Of a stretch of 64,000 bases of DNA, positions 11,900 to 24,700 are shown in pieces; within the stretch, counting starts at the first letter, position 1; every line of letters starts with the position of its first letter. The translations under genes were made by a program, and so were the position numbers. Origin of the DNA: Octopus sinensis (lineage: Eukaryota); NCBI RefSeq assembly GCF_006345805.1, contig NW_021832531.1, forward strand, positions 62,001-126,000, written 5' to 3'. The notes under the pieces were generated by a model. That model saw only the letters and a list, made by a program, of their open reading frames with translations, was not told the origin of the DNA and ran no database searches.

Positions 11900-13815
11900 G
11901 TTTATGCCATTTTCAATTCAAGTTTGACACTTTTTGTATCAATTTTAACAATGCGATATTCAGGCGACATTCAATTTCAACACTTTTTTCATCGATATTG
12001 ACATTTTTTTAATTTTGACTTTTGCCGATTTGTCATTTATTTTATATTTTCTGATGCCGTTCCTGTACGAATTTTATTTCAAGAAAAAATTCACAGAGTG
12101 TCAGAGCTACAAGAAGAGCACTTATAAGTTAGGATGAAAAGGATGGCGATTATATACATCTTGCTCGCGATCTTGGTGTCAGAAGACAACAGCTTAGCCA
12201 TTGTAAAAATTGGAATCCGTATTTTTTAAACGTGGAGGTAGAAGGGATGCTACGATTAATTACGGATGATGATATGAATTGATAATTGAAAAAATTGAGG
12301 ATAATCCATCGATACATTGAAAGAATTACGAAAATGTTAAAGAAAATAATAAAGTTGATTTGCGACAATATATAACCGACTTGATGAGCGATTGATTACC
12401 TACAAAACGCTGCGAGAGAACCATTTCCAGGAATAGCCTGGAAAATATAGAAAAAAAAAAATTTTGCATTCGATTATCAACTTAGTACAATAAAAAATTA
12501 CATTTGGACGAAACAAATTTTAATCTCTTTACATTAAAAAAATTCGGCCGATCCTATATAGCAGAGGTTTCCAATGGGGAGGCGCGCCTCCCTAGGGAGG
12601 CGTTGACTCGTGTCAAGGGAGGCGCGAAAAGTATTTCAGAAACATTTTAGAAAAAATTATATCTATGTTAAAAAACGTGACTATATTCCGATAATAATAG
12701 TTATTAATTTAAAAATTATATTTTTTCAAAAATTTATTTAATTTATAGACAATTAAATAATTTTAACACATGAATAAATTCTTGAGTGGTTGCAAAAGAA
12801 AATTCACGAATAATAAAGATTTTGACGATGGTTCAAAAATCAAAATGATTGGAATATAATCAATACCACTCCAAAGACAAGAAAATACTTTCCATCTTAC
12901 TTATTGTTAGATTCACACGTATCTTTGTTGATTCTATGGAAAAACCCCTCTGTTTGCTTTGCCTCAAACACACTTGCAGCAGATAGTATGAGGCCATGCA
13001 AATAAGAAGACATTTTGAAACGATGCATTCTGAACATGTCCATAAGTCTGAAGAATTTTTTAAAAGAAAATTAGAAGAGTTTGATAACCAAACGAAATCG
13101 TTAAAAAAACTTGTTTCTGTCTCTTCAAATGCTTTACTGCATCGTACAAAGTTTCTTACAGGATTGCAAATATTGTATTATATTATGGAATATAAAGGGA
13201 GCGCAAGATTGTACTTTTTCTCTAAGGGAGGCGCGTAAAAAAAGCTTGGAAACCTCTGCTATATAGGATCACGTGCGATAGTTCCAGTAAGGGAAAGCAA
13301 AGGAGTGAATCTTAACGTTATTTTGGGAATTGATGACAATGGAACAATTGTGAGATTTGAATCATACATTGGATCTAAAAAATCGAAATTTGCAATTTTA
13401 TGACGGCATTATCTGACAGTTTAGCTGGAGAAGAAATTATTATTTATATAGATAATGCTCCAATCCATAAAAAACAAGGAAATTTTGAAGGTGTGCGAGT
13501 AGAACATACAATTCGAAGATTTGATGCACCATATTCTCCGCAGCTTAATTCATGCGAAGACTGTTTTTTGATTCTCAAGGCTGGGATAAAGACATATTTA
13601 GCCAATCACAATAATCCTCATAATGATGTTCATGCAAGCAGGAAATGGAACCCTGACGGAATTTCGAGCACTATTATTACAAAATGCGTTAGAATAGTCT
13701 ATGACAAATCTAACTCGGGAGAAAATACCGAATTTCTACACAAATGCAGAAAAAATCATAGTTGTATAGTTGTAGTATTTTTTTAGCAGGACAGTTGTGT
13801 TTTGAACACAAATTG
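11900..13815 (+). mobile_element. Degenerate IS630/Tc1/mariner-superfamily element inserted in HARS; boundaries approximate
   Basis: HTH DYIHLARDLGVRRQ; LDETNFNLFT...GRSYIGSRA (split by the hAT); IYIDNAPIH...PYSPQLNSCE (34 residues between D and E as read). Only weak, imperfect terminal similarity. Confidence 0.8.
12562..13258 (+). mobile_element. Non-autonomous Buster-type hAT, family 3 (697 bp), nested in the Tc1-like transposase
   Basis: TIR CAGAGGTTTCCAA / TTGGAAACCTCTG. Perfect TSD CTATATAG (12554-12561, 13259-13266). BED-finger remnant PLCLLCLK...SMRP..IRRHFETMH. Removing the element restores RSYIGSR. Confidence 0.95.
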
Positions 13816-14299
13816 AAGTATTTGTGATCACAATCCTTAGTAAAACAGATTCAGAAGGCCAAAATCAAATGATTTCCGAAAGGATTAAATTATGCCGCGA
13901 TTCATTTGATGCAGGAATGAACGTATCTGTGATTTTTTATTTTTATAGACTGAGTTTTGTTATAAAACAAATACGAATTTTAAGGGGCAAAAAATTATCA
14001 GTCAGGAAAAGCAGGTCAAGCTGGCAGTGATCCTTGGGGAGGATGAGATTGTCAATGATGTGGTTATTATTCAACGGGTAGATACGAGGAATGAGATAAT
14101 TGTCCCGCGATGTGAACTTGTCCAAAAATTGAAGGAGATGTTAGCATACGAGAATAAAAATAATGTCGATGTTCAAAATGGAAACTAATTTATCCCTTTT
14201 TATTCTTTAGATAAATGGTTTCATTTTTTTATTTTTAAAAATATAATTGTAAAGTTTACCGAAGATATGCGTGTCATCATCTCGAGTGAATTTAATAGA

Positions 14300-14698
14300 T
14301 GGAAATAATATTGTAATATTTATTTTTAATTATAACGATCAGATGATTAATTAATACTATATTAAAAAGGAGAAACGATTACCTAAAAACTTACTTCAGA
14401 TTTTCTTCCCCTGGACATCTTTAAAATAATAAAATCCTCGATAACAATTTAATAGTAACCTTATTTATTTTCTTTTTTATGTCAGTAAAGTATAATTATA
14501 ATAAAAAATCATTCAAAAGATTTCATTATTTTGGCACAAATAATCGTATGCTTGTGATTCATATTTTCGATCCTTTAAAAGACTTTAATATTGAAGATCA
14601 AAACATACACGAAATTTGTTTAAAAGAAGATCAAGAGCCAAAAAGTAGCGAATTTCATTTTAATTAAATTTAAATGACCAATATGCGAGGGTTCACTG
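14300..14698 (+). mobile_element. Probable right end of a pogo/Tigger element (solo TIR)
   Basis: ...CGAGGGTTCACTG followed by TA (14699-14700) resembles a Tigger terminus (reverse complement CAGTGAACCCTC). No partner TIR found. Confidence 0.35.
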
Positions 14699-15010
14699 TA
14701 TTTTGAAATTAAAAAAATAAAAAACAAATCAAAATCTACTAAAATTTCCTATTCTTTTTAGGCAAGTAAACCGTCTGACTAAAAAATATTTATTTAACTA
14801 AAAAGTATAAATTTGAAAATAAAATTTTTAAAAATATGATAAATTGTCGTAATCTAGTACACCAAATAAGTTCTATTGGCATAAAACTACGCATTATTGA
14901 CCATAAAAACGCAAAAAACTTGAAAAATCCACGTTTTTAGTACAGAGATCCTTCAAACACAAATTAATCAAATTAAAAGTCATTAAATCAAACAAAAAAG
15001 ACACCAAAAA

Positions 15011-15481
15011 TCACTGCCCAGTCTCTTCCACAATTTCCTCAGTCACTATTTGGTGATTTGAAAGAGAATAACCTTCACTTTCAGGAATATCGTTGAACAT
15101 TGAGAATTCGTTGATGTCTTGATTAGAAAGAGGATTGCTCATTTCCGTGGAGGTCCTTTTGACTGCCATATTGTCCAGATTCCTACAAATAAAAGAATAT
15201 TCAAACAGAGAACGCTCTTTAACTCTGCCTAAAACATTTTGAAGACAGTCGCGAAATCTTTCCACGGATTGTTTGAGTTGGAGGATCTCCTCATCTGTCC
15301 ACTTGCCACTGGAGAGGACTCGTTGATTGGTGGTACCTTGACGGGTTATTTCCACTTCCAGATTCAAGAGAAGCCGTAAAATTTGCGAATTTTGAAAATG
15401 ATTCTCCAGCGTAGGCAAAAATGTCCCCAACCTGATGTTATTATCAAAATGGAAATACACCACCTTATTACCAACATCCAT
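15011..15481 (-). CDS. BAP18: BAP18 / C17orf49 (SANT-like chromatin complex subunit), spliced
   Basis: Removing 29- and 28-nt introns gives MDVGNKVGDIFAYAGESFSKFANFTASL...SGKWTDEEILQLKQSVERF...VKER, matching KVGEIFSAAGAAF...KWTETEIEML. Confidence 0.85.
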   Translation of the reverse strand: MDVGNKVVYFHFDNNIRLGTFLPTLENHFQNSQILRLLLNLEVEITRQGTTNQRVLSSGKWTDEEILQLKQSVERFRDCLQNVLGRVKERSLFEYSFICRNLDNMAVKRTSTEMSNPLSNQDINEFSMFNDIPESEGYSLSNHQIVTEEIVEETGQ

Positions 15482-15633
15482 ATTTGAATTTAAATATTTA
15501 TTTATCTATTTAAATATATTACAAATATCTCAATTAATATAAAAAATAAAACAAATAATATTTATCAACGATTACCAGAACAAGATTGACTTTGATTTAC
15601 TAGGAACAGACAGAATCAAAAAATATATTTTTA

Positions 15634-16992
15634 TTAAAGAACTTCGAGATCAACATGTCTGAGATTTGGATGTTTAGACTTTAAAATTTTCTCAATTCGA
15701 TCAACTTCCTGGCCAAGCTGATCGATTGAATTTTTTCCATGAAACAATAAAAACGATTTAAGTTCATCCGTAGTTTCAATTTGCTTAATTTCCATCAAAA
15801 TATTATCCAAATTGGTCGTTTTTAGATAAATATCGGTAATCTGGTAGCCGTCAAAATCAATTTCTGCTTTGAAATGAATGTTTGACTGGCCACATTCGAT
15901 AGCCTTGATGTCGTGGACAGCCCTGATGACCCGATCATTCTCCAAATCAGTCCTCATTTCTCTGTAGACTTTGATAGAAACTGATTTCCCCATCAAAAGT
16001 TGTGCATTTTGACGCACAATAAAAACCCCGACAGTCGAAAGCAATAACGAAATAGCAACACAGCCGAGAACGTCAAAAAGTATACTGCCCGTCCAATATG
16101 TCAAAAACATGCAAATCCCGGCGAGAGTGACCCCACCAATTCCCGCCATGTCCTCCAACAACACGACAGTCACATTCGGGTCAATTCCGAGAGTAATATA
16201 ATCAAAAATTGGAATATTTCTAGCTTTTGAAGACTGTCTAATTTCTCGATATGCGACAATAAAAGACGACAATTCCGACAGAAATGAACCAATAAGAATA
16301 AACAACGCCCAAAACATATAAACAGGTTCTTCAGGGTGGATTAACCCCAATAGCCCGTTATATAAAGTCAGTCCAGTCCCAAAAAACAGAATCCCCACCC
16401 CTCCAACCAACGAGGAAATATATCGGAGATTGACATATCCATATGGATGTAAAAAATCAGGTTTTTTCATGGCCTGGTGGAGACCGACGGCCAACAGGAT
16501 TTGATTCAAAGTGTCGACCAACGAGTGAACTGCTTCCGCGAACATTGAGTGTGACCCACAGTATATATATGCCACTGATTTGAACAGAAAGTTGAAGGAA
16601 TTTACAATTATCGCCATTGAGACGACTTTTCCACTTCCGTTTTTTACAAAATCACGGAATGTCACCGTCGTGGATTTTTTGGGAGAGATTCGTCGTTTTT
16701 GGGACTCGATTTTAAATTTTTCCAAAGATCCGAATTTTTTAATGGTGAATTCTTCAATGTCTTGTCTCAAATATACGATGAAGGGATATGACTGGTCGTA
16801 CGGATTTCGACGGTAAAATTTCTGGAGTTTATCCAGGTCTTCCCGGACAAGCAAATACTCGTTCATTGCCCGGACTGGGGTTATATAGTTATTGTCCGTG
16901 TAAAGAAATGGGTCTTGCTTCTCCTTTGATGTAGAAAGGGCGCGAAATACTGATATTTTTCGCGGGCAAATTTTGATAAATTTATTTAGCAT
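15634..16992 (-). CDS. SLC30A9: Zinc transporter ZnT9 (452 aa), intronless
   Basis: NNYITPVRAMNEYLL; HSMFAEAVHSLVDTLNQ; HPYGY; VLLED; AVHDIKA; FKAEIDFDG; C-terminal RHVDLEVL. Continuous ORF. Confidence 0.95.
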   Translation of the reverse strand: MLNKFIKICPRKISVFRALSTSKEKQDPFLYTDNNYITPVRAMNEYLLVREDLDKLQKFYRRNPYDQSYPFIVYLRQDIEEFTIKKFGSLEKFKIESQKRRISPKKSTTVTFRDFVKNGSGKVVSMAIIVNSFNFLFKSVAYIYCGSHSMFAEAVHSLVDTLNQILLAVGLHQAMKKPDFLHPYGYVNLRYISSLVGGVGILFFGTGLTLYNGLLGLIHPEEPVYMFWALFILIGSFLSELSSFIVAYREIRQSSKARNIPIFDYITLGIDPNVTVVLLEDMAGIGGVTLAGICMFLTYWTGSILFDVLGCVAISLLLSTVGVFIVRQNAQLLMGKSVSIKVYREMRTDLENDRVIRAVHDIKAIECGQSNIHFKAEIDFDGYQITDIYLKTTNLDNILMEIKQIETTDELKSFLLFHGKNSIDQLGQEVDRIEKILKSKHPNLRHVDLEVL

Positions 16993-17192
16993 TGCACAAC
17001 CTGAATATTTGTGAATATTTTTTTAAATGTTCATAAATAATTATTTTTTTAAATATAATTATATAATTTATTTCTGCACATTATTTTTGATTGTAATTTC
17101 TGTTGTGTTGTTGTTCATACTACGCTTTATTAAATATAATATTTTTAATTAAATATTAACAAAATTAATTCAATAATTAATTTTAGAACAGT
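16993..17192. promoter_or_regulatory. Probable bidirectional promoter between SLC30A9 and PNN (200 bp)
   Basis: Head-to-head start codons separated by an extremely AT-rich 200-bp spacer. Inferred from gene arrangement only. Confidence 0.4.
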
Positions 17193-18340
17193 ATGAGTGT
17201 AATCGAAGATAACACAGAAAAGGTCATCTTCCTCCTCAATGAGCAAATTGATAAAACTAGGGGAGACTTGCGAAGTGTGGACTCAAACATAAGGCGAATC
17301 GGCGGTCCCGGAGCACTCCAAAGGTCCTAATCTATAACCACCATCCAATAGACAACTCTCAATTCGGAATCGGCCAAACATGAGATGGCCAAGAGATGAC
17401 TTTAGGAACGTTTCTCAGCCAAAACGTCGCATAGAGCCAATGTTGGTTATTTAGGCAATATTTAGCAGATCTCAGACATATTCCGAGTCAGATAACGACA
17501 ATGGCTGGTTTTCTGACAACGACAACTCCACTAGACGAGTTTGTGTCATTTTCTATTTTATTTCAGCCTACAGTTCAGTCCTCCGTCGTGGAAATTGTCA
17601 GAGAGCCTTTGTCTCACCGAGAAATAACGAATGACGGTAACTACAAGTCATCCGATGCCAATAAACAACGGTAGTCACAATTTTTATCATTTTTTTAGAA
17701 ATAAAAGACTTTTTGGTGCATTGTTGAATAAATTGAGGGACTTTAAGGAAGATGAAGCCAAATTGATGAGGAAACCAGAGGTTGTTTGTTGTATATATAA
17801 TCCTAAGGCAATCCGAAGAAGGGAACTGGAAATGGAGGTAGAACAGAGAGAGAATGAAGAGCGAGTGCAGACAGCCAATGAAATCCAGTCGCTGTTTTCT
17901 CAGCGAATGGAAAAACAGCACAGATTGAATTTAATGCAGAGAAAGTTGGGTGCCATCACGGAAGTAAGTTTTGGTGGGTTGATGGAGTAGCATAAAGAAT
18001 GGGAGAGTGCTACAGTGAATTTGAGATATCATATCCGCACAGAGGCACAGCCACATATATTTTATAACCCCAAAGTCCTCAATGACGAGTCGAGATCTCG
18101 TTTAGAGGCGACAGTTTCTATTGTGGATGGTTTGTGGGGTTTTGTGATGTGTTTGTAGCCATAATCAACGACCGGAAGTCTCAGGTGATTGATGATTCAC
18201 AGTTTGTTCTTTCTACTGCAGAAACGGGTCAAGAAGGAGAGGAAGTGAAGAAGGAGGGGGACGTGGAGCAGAATGAGGAAGGCCATTCGAAGGAGGAGGT
18301 TAGTCCGGAGGATGTTTCCCCTGCTTTGGCAGAAGTTTAG
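17193..18340 (+). CDS. PNN: Pinin, spliced
   Basis: LNEQIDKTRGDLRSVDSNIRR; RNKRLFGALLNKLRDFK...RRRELEMEVEQRENEER; HIRTEAQPHIFY; acidic C-terminus. Confidence 0.9.
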
Positions 18341-18754
18341 TTAGATGATTATTAATTTTGGTTTTATGATACATTAAAACTTTCATTGGGTTTTTTATAA
18401 TCCGATTAAAGTTGTTGGTGTGGCTCTAGTTGAGCTTCTGTGGTCACAAATGTACGAATATTTATTTGTGTTTTGTTGTATATTTGGTGATGGGTTTTGT
18501 TGAAAAATTATGATTTATAAGTATAAGCAAATGTAGGTTTGTCTATTGCTACAAATAACCCAACATTAATTTTCTTATAAAAATAAAATGTTTTTATCCA
18601 AGTTCGTTTTCAGTAATAATTGACTGGTCTTGAAAAATATTAAATATTATCTATTCATTTTAATAATATTGAATTAGAATTTTAATGCTTCAGAGAACAA
18701 ATATTATTGTTCCCCGGCAACTCAAACGAAAATTTTTGTTAGGAAAATATTTGA

Positions 18755-21700
18755 ATGGAAGAAAATCAAAGAAATTTTATTATTTCCACTGCTTCTGCTT
18801 ACTTTGACGTTGAGCAAAATAGTGCGCCCCTGTCTCAAGAAAGTTTGAAGGCACTTTCTCAATTTATTAATCACTCAAATGCAAAGACTTTATACTGCCA
18901 ACGGGAATCAAATTTCTTAACTTTCAGAATCAATGTATTTTTTTTCAGTTTATTTACTTAGTACAACGAAGATAAAAAACTTGAAACGATTGCTTTTTTT
19001 AGAATTCCATCAATAGAAATTGAGCAGTCAAAGAATAATATTTTGATGTGCTCAATGTCCTCTTCTCCAATCGCGTCCTTCTACTATGCAATCCATCAAG
19101 TAACTCACTCGAATAATACTTCCAGCTTTATGGTCCTTTACTCAGTTGTTCAGAAATAAAACAAAAATTGGACCCGACACTCAAAAATATGACATCACAA
19201 CTAGACTGGGGACTTAAAAAATTCCTCAAAAACTCAACAGTTCAGGACTATGGATGTAAATAATTCATAATGATATTTTTTAGTTGTTTTAACCCCGTTT
19301 GACGAATTTGAATATTGGGCCAACCTGAGTTGTGAAAATTGTGAATCAAATCAAAAATCGCTCATAAATACAATTCAATTCTCTCTCCTTTAAGTCGAAA
19401 ATTCGACGGACTTGAATGTTTTGGGATTTCCGAGTTGAATGAAGTTGTTGAAATTTGTTTTGATGTTCTCGACGATTTATGGCGCCATTCAGATTATGAA
19501 AACTATCCAGAAAACAGAATGGAGCATTTTATGCTTGTTTTAGGTAATTAAAGCATTCCTAAATGTTGAAGACAGCACTTTTGCATGCCAAATACAAACT
19601 GTCCTCAGCAAGGAAAATATTTGGAAAGAAACTTTTATTAAATCAAAAAATTTATTAGAAATGGGGATAAAGGTCACTGATAGATTGAAGAAATGTGTAT
19701 ATCTCTCACCGAACAATTCTGGCCTCAATACGTTCCCCATAAATGGAAGGGGGGACCCTTCAAGCCTAAAATGACGAATCAATTAGGCAACAGAATTAAA
19801 GAAGTTAAATTGTAATATTTACACCTCAGATTACAAAAATCAGAACATGTTGTGAACAGCTTTCTAGATTTGTGGATAAAGAAAACATGATGTTTACAAA
19901 AGAACAAATATTTAAGCCTTTTGACAGTTTTTTTAATAAATAAGCCTATTAGACTTGGACGTGTTTCAATCCAATGTGTATACGGCTAGGGACTGGGGAA
20001 AAGCAGTGGCTGAACATGAAAAAATTATTTCAACTTTTTTGCCATGTTTTATTGATAAATTAAAAGAATATTTCATACAATTCAGCCAAAACTCGTGTAA
20101 AGTAGTGGATATTTTTTATTTTAAGCTTTTAACAAAACTTGGGCAATTCACCGACCTTGTTGCTATGCCTCAAATTAAGGAGAAATTAATAGATGAGAGG
20201 TTAAAAAAATATTAATATTTTTTAAATAGAAAGAATCTTTTAAGTCAAATGAATATTGATGTGACACATTTCCAAGAAGAGGTTCACTCAATTATGTCAC
20301 ACAAGACGGAACCTTCTAGAATAATCCACCAATCTTTATTTATTAATCAAATGTCCTGGGTATTCCATCAAAACAAAAAAGTCAAAAACAAATTTATAAA
20401 ATAATTTATATAGGTAGAAGAATATATTGCAATTGGAAAAGCAATTTTAAGCGATTTAGACGGATTTTCTTCATTTCTAAACACCCTAAATAGCATAAAA
20501 ACAGAACTATCATTATGGAAGCAGGACAAATACAACGACTGGTGTCGAGAAATTCTCAAAAAAGCAGATTCCTCAGAAAATAAGTAATTTTTTAAACTCA
20601 AATCCAAAGGCTGGTCATCACGGGCAAAGTAATGACGATGGACCATACAAATGGGAAGCTCAAAGTAAGCTATAGTGACGAGTTGGTTGCCCTACTGGAG
20701 GATGTCCGTCATTTGTCAAACCTCGGTTTTACCATTCCGTCAAAAATAATGGAAATTGTCAACGAAGGACAAAAATATTACAATTATGGAATTTCTCTTC
20801 GGAAAGTATAAAAAAGTTTGTTCAAGTAAAAAACAGGTCGCACATTTTTACAACTCGATTGACCGTCAAATGATCCCCTGTCAGAAACCAATGATGATTT
20901 CCACGGCAAGAGCCTTCGAGGAAATTATCCGAAAAAAACAAAATGGTCGGAAATGTTTTTAAACCACCTTAAAACAGGAACCGACGAAATCACGTGGAAA
21001 AACTGTGAAGAATTGGAAAATTATGTTCAAAAACTCAAAGAAATCAGCGAAAAACTTTCCCAAGAAAATCGACGTCTAATGTCAAGCCACGAGCAACTCA
21101 TAGACAAGGTTGGTTGTAGAAATAAAAAAACAGACAATAATGTTATTTGACGTTGATTTATTACGTAATCAACAACAGTGGAAGAGTGAAATGGTCACGT
21201 TTCGGCAAATATTCACATCCCTAGAATCCCAAGTCTTTATTAATAACACAAAATAGGGATATTCGCCGGAAGATATGCAGGGTTGGAGAAATCATTGGGA
21301 TCACCAACTTTTCAAAGCTCTCGAATTCCAATATCAGATTGGAATGGAATTATTTAATGATATTTTCCCTCCATTCAAAATAGATTTAATTTTTAGGCAT
21401 ATTTTTAAGTCGATTAATGTTTAGACAAAATAAATTGCAATTCAAGCCTTCTCTTGAAGACTCGAGAATGAGCTTCATGAAGGAAGTCAGGAGATTCGTC
21501 ACTATTCCAAGACAATTTAGAGGAGTCAGCGCGGGAAAACAAAATCGAATTTTTCCGACAATGATAAACTTAAACGTTGACAGAATTAAATCTGTTTATG
21601 GTAAAATTGAGAACATTTTTGAAAGATTGGACGATATTCTCGTCAGTTTTAAAGTTATTTTTTGTATTTTATATTTTTAGCCGTGGTTTGTTCTCAGTTC

Positions 21701-24700
21701 GGTTGAAATTGAGACTTTTGTTGCCAAAAACGTAACGAAAATTGAAGAATTTGAGGAAAACTTTCGAGAAATGAAAGCAAAAGGAAGAGAAGCAGAAAGA
21801 ATTCCAAAGTAGAGTTTTCTATATTTACAAAAGTGAGATAAAAGTGGATTGTGTTTTGATAAACACAGTTTTGATGAAGGGAGCTATCGACGACTTGTTG
21901 GAAAAGTATTTTGAGGCATTGGTGGCCACATTGAGTGATTCGATCCAAGCCACGAACACAAAATTGACTCAAAATATTTTCGAGGCACAATCTTCGTTGG
22001 AAAAGACTCCTCAGTCAGTCGAAGAAGTTGTTGAATATTCCAACAAAAAGATTGAATGGACAAGGGAACTTAATTCTGTTTATTTACTTAATTATATTTA
22101 GTTAAAAATTGAAATTGATTCGGTTGAAAAAAAGAATAAATTGTTAAAAATTGTCGCGGGAAAAAGTGTTCAATCTGTTGGAATGGCTCGGAGAAATTTT
22201 GAAAAATTCGAATCAACGATAAATAACTATGACGTAATGCTAAAAAAACAGGCATAAAATTTTAAATTATTCAAAGATTAAAGCAATTAAAGAACAAATT
22301 TCCAGTGATGTGATCGAAGCACGGAAAAACGTTGATAAAATTAAATCGCGGTGGAATCATTTAGTTCCAAATGACGAAGATTTCGAGGATGATTTTGAAA
22401 AAATCAAAGAAAAAACCAATCAAATTATTTCTCAAAAAAATAATTTTGACATTTTTATAAAACAAGTCGAAATTTTACGGTGAATAAAATGTTTTATTTT
22501 AGACGGAATGTCGAATACTTTGAGGCTGATTCATCTGAACTTGAAAACATTGAAAAAATAATCCAACAAATTTCTATGAGCCAAGAAAAATGGAATTTGT
22601 TTTTAGAATTTTTTTCAGAATTAAAAAAACTCGAATCTGAGGACTGGATTTCATTCAGGTTCTTTCCGCATTATCAACTGCAGATCAAACACGGAAGATT
22701 TTACTGACTTGATTAACCGATGGCAAAACAAACTCAAATCCGAACAAAAAACGTTCATAAACATAAAATTATGCAACGAAATCGAAAAATTCAAAGTAAA
22801 TCCAAAACGGAAAATAATCCGTTAGGAATTAATTCCATGCTTGAAATGGCTCCGAGGTGATGATCTGACCGTAGACCACTGGATTGAACTTTTTAATTTG
22901 ATCAGACTTCCTAAAGATATGACAATTGAGAAACTTTTATTTCGAGATATTTTGAATCAAAAACAAGAAATTATTCTTAAATTCGAAATCATAAAAGTAA
23001 ATAAAAATTAAATTTTATAGGAAATAAATAAAAGGGCCAAAGGTGAGATCGCCATTAGAAGATCATTGAGAGAACTCGACCTTTGGGGTTCAAGTTGTAC
23101 GTTCTCATTGACAAATTACATTGCATCGGACAATTCTGTGGTTAAAATCATTAAAGAATGGAAAGAACTACTTTCCTACGTATTTTTGGATTTGTTAGTA
23201 TAAGGTTGGGGATAATCAGTTGATTGTCCAATCTCTCAAGGAATTTAGTCATTCTGGACTTTTTGGTGATAAAATAAGTGCATGGGAACAAAAATTGGGT
23301 AAATTGGACAACCTTCTTCATAATTTAAACTTAATACAACGAAAATGGATACATTTAGAACCAATTTTTGGTAAAGGGTCACTCCCACAACAGGCAAGAT
23401 TTAATAAAACAAATAACGAGATTAAGTAATAGTATTTATATCACAAATAGGAATATATTGAATGATATCTCTCACGATAACCGAGTCTTATCTCTATCCA
23501 GTAGGCCTGGAATACAAACACAGTTTGAAAACCTGTCGGATCAATTGCATCGATGTCAAAAAGCTCTGAACGACTATTTAGAAGTAAAAATGTTGTTATT
23601 AATAATATATAAGGAGAAAAGACTCAATTTTCCGCGATTTTATTTCATCGGAGACGAAAGCCTCTTAGAAGTTATCGGCCAGGGAACAAACCCCACGATT
23701 ATTCAGGATCATCTCAAAAAACTATTCGCAGGAATATATTCCGTGGAATTCAACGAAAAACTGACTCAAATCACCGCAATTTGTTCTGTCGAAGGCGACC
23801 GAGTGTCTCTTTCCAATTATGTTGAGGTCACCAAATTTGTTGAAGTAAAAAAATGGTTTTAAACGAAAGGAATGGTTGAATAAATTATCGGAAGAAATGG
23901 TGAGAACACTCACAATTTTAGCTCGAAATTTGATCTCAGAATCAACTCACGCTCAAACGAATTACGGAAAATATCCATCCCAGGTAAAAACGGCATAAAA
24001 CGTGAGATTTTATTACTTGGAGACTCAATAAAATTTACGGAATCCTGCGAGAATTCTATAAGAGAGGGGTCTCTAAATACTTTTAAACAAAACTTGCAAA
24101 AAAAACTGAATGACCTTTGCAAACTCCGTGAAAACACCGTGAATGACCGTGTTTTGAAATTGAAATTAAAAGATCTTATTCTCGACTGTGTTCATAATTT
24201 GGAAATTGTGAATCAACTAATTTCTGCTAGAATTTTAAACGTAGAAGATTGGGAATGGCAAAAACAACTACGGTATGTCGATTTGGTACAAAAAATACTT
24301 TTTTAGTGCTTACATTGATAAGAGCGGGACAGTGAGCTTCAAAATGGTTGATTCCACCACAAACTATTCTTACGAATACCAGGGAAATGCTCCCAAACTT
24401 GTACATACTCCACTTACTGATAAATGTTTTCTGACACTCACACAAGGTTTTTAATTTAACGAATTATTTCTGTTTAGCCATGGTTACGGGGCTTGGGGGT
24501 AATCCGTACGGTCCGGCTGGAACTGGTAAGACAGAATCTGTGAAGGCTCTCGGTGCTATTTTTGGAAGGCAAGTTTTGGTTTTTAACTGCGACGAAGTTT
24601 TTCAATTTTTGAGTTAAATCAGGGCATCGACGTCAAGTCAATGGAAAGGATTTTTGTTGGATTGCTCAAATGTGGTGCTTGGGGATGCTTTGACGAGTTC

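Larger units (their letters stand above)
10402..14188 (+). pseudogene. HARS: Unprocessed histidyl-tRNA synthetase pseudogene interrupted by nested transposons
   Basis: GKYG..LIYDL.DQ.G..LSL(H)YDLT; [27 protein letters not shown]; ICLSVDKLDK; FDLSLA*GLDYHTG (TGA 11657-11659); TAA at 11424-11426; GSVAGGGRYD; VGVERLF. The anticodon-binding domain (ERIKL...DAG...VILGEDE) resumes at about 13820. Tiny introns are retained. Several frameshifts and a 3-aa loss (VPFARYL to VPYL). Confidence 0.85.

Noticed and set aside
11900-13815. Possible Fanzor/TnpB cargo in the IS630/Tc1-like element
   Set aside because: Only transposase remnants and the nested hAT are present. No RuvC or zinc-ribbon motifs were seen in any frame.
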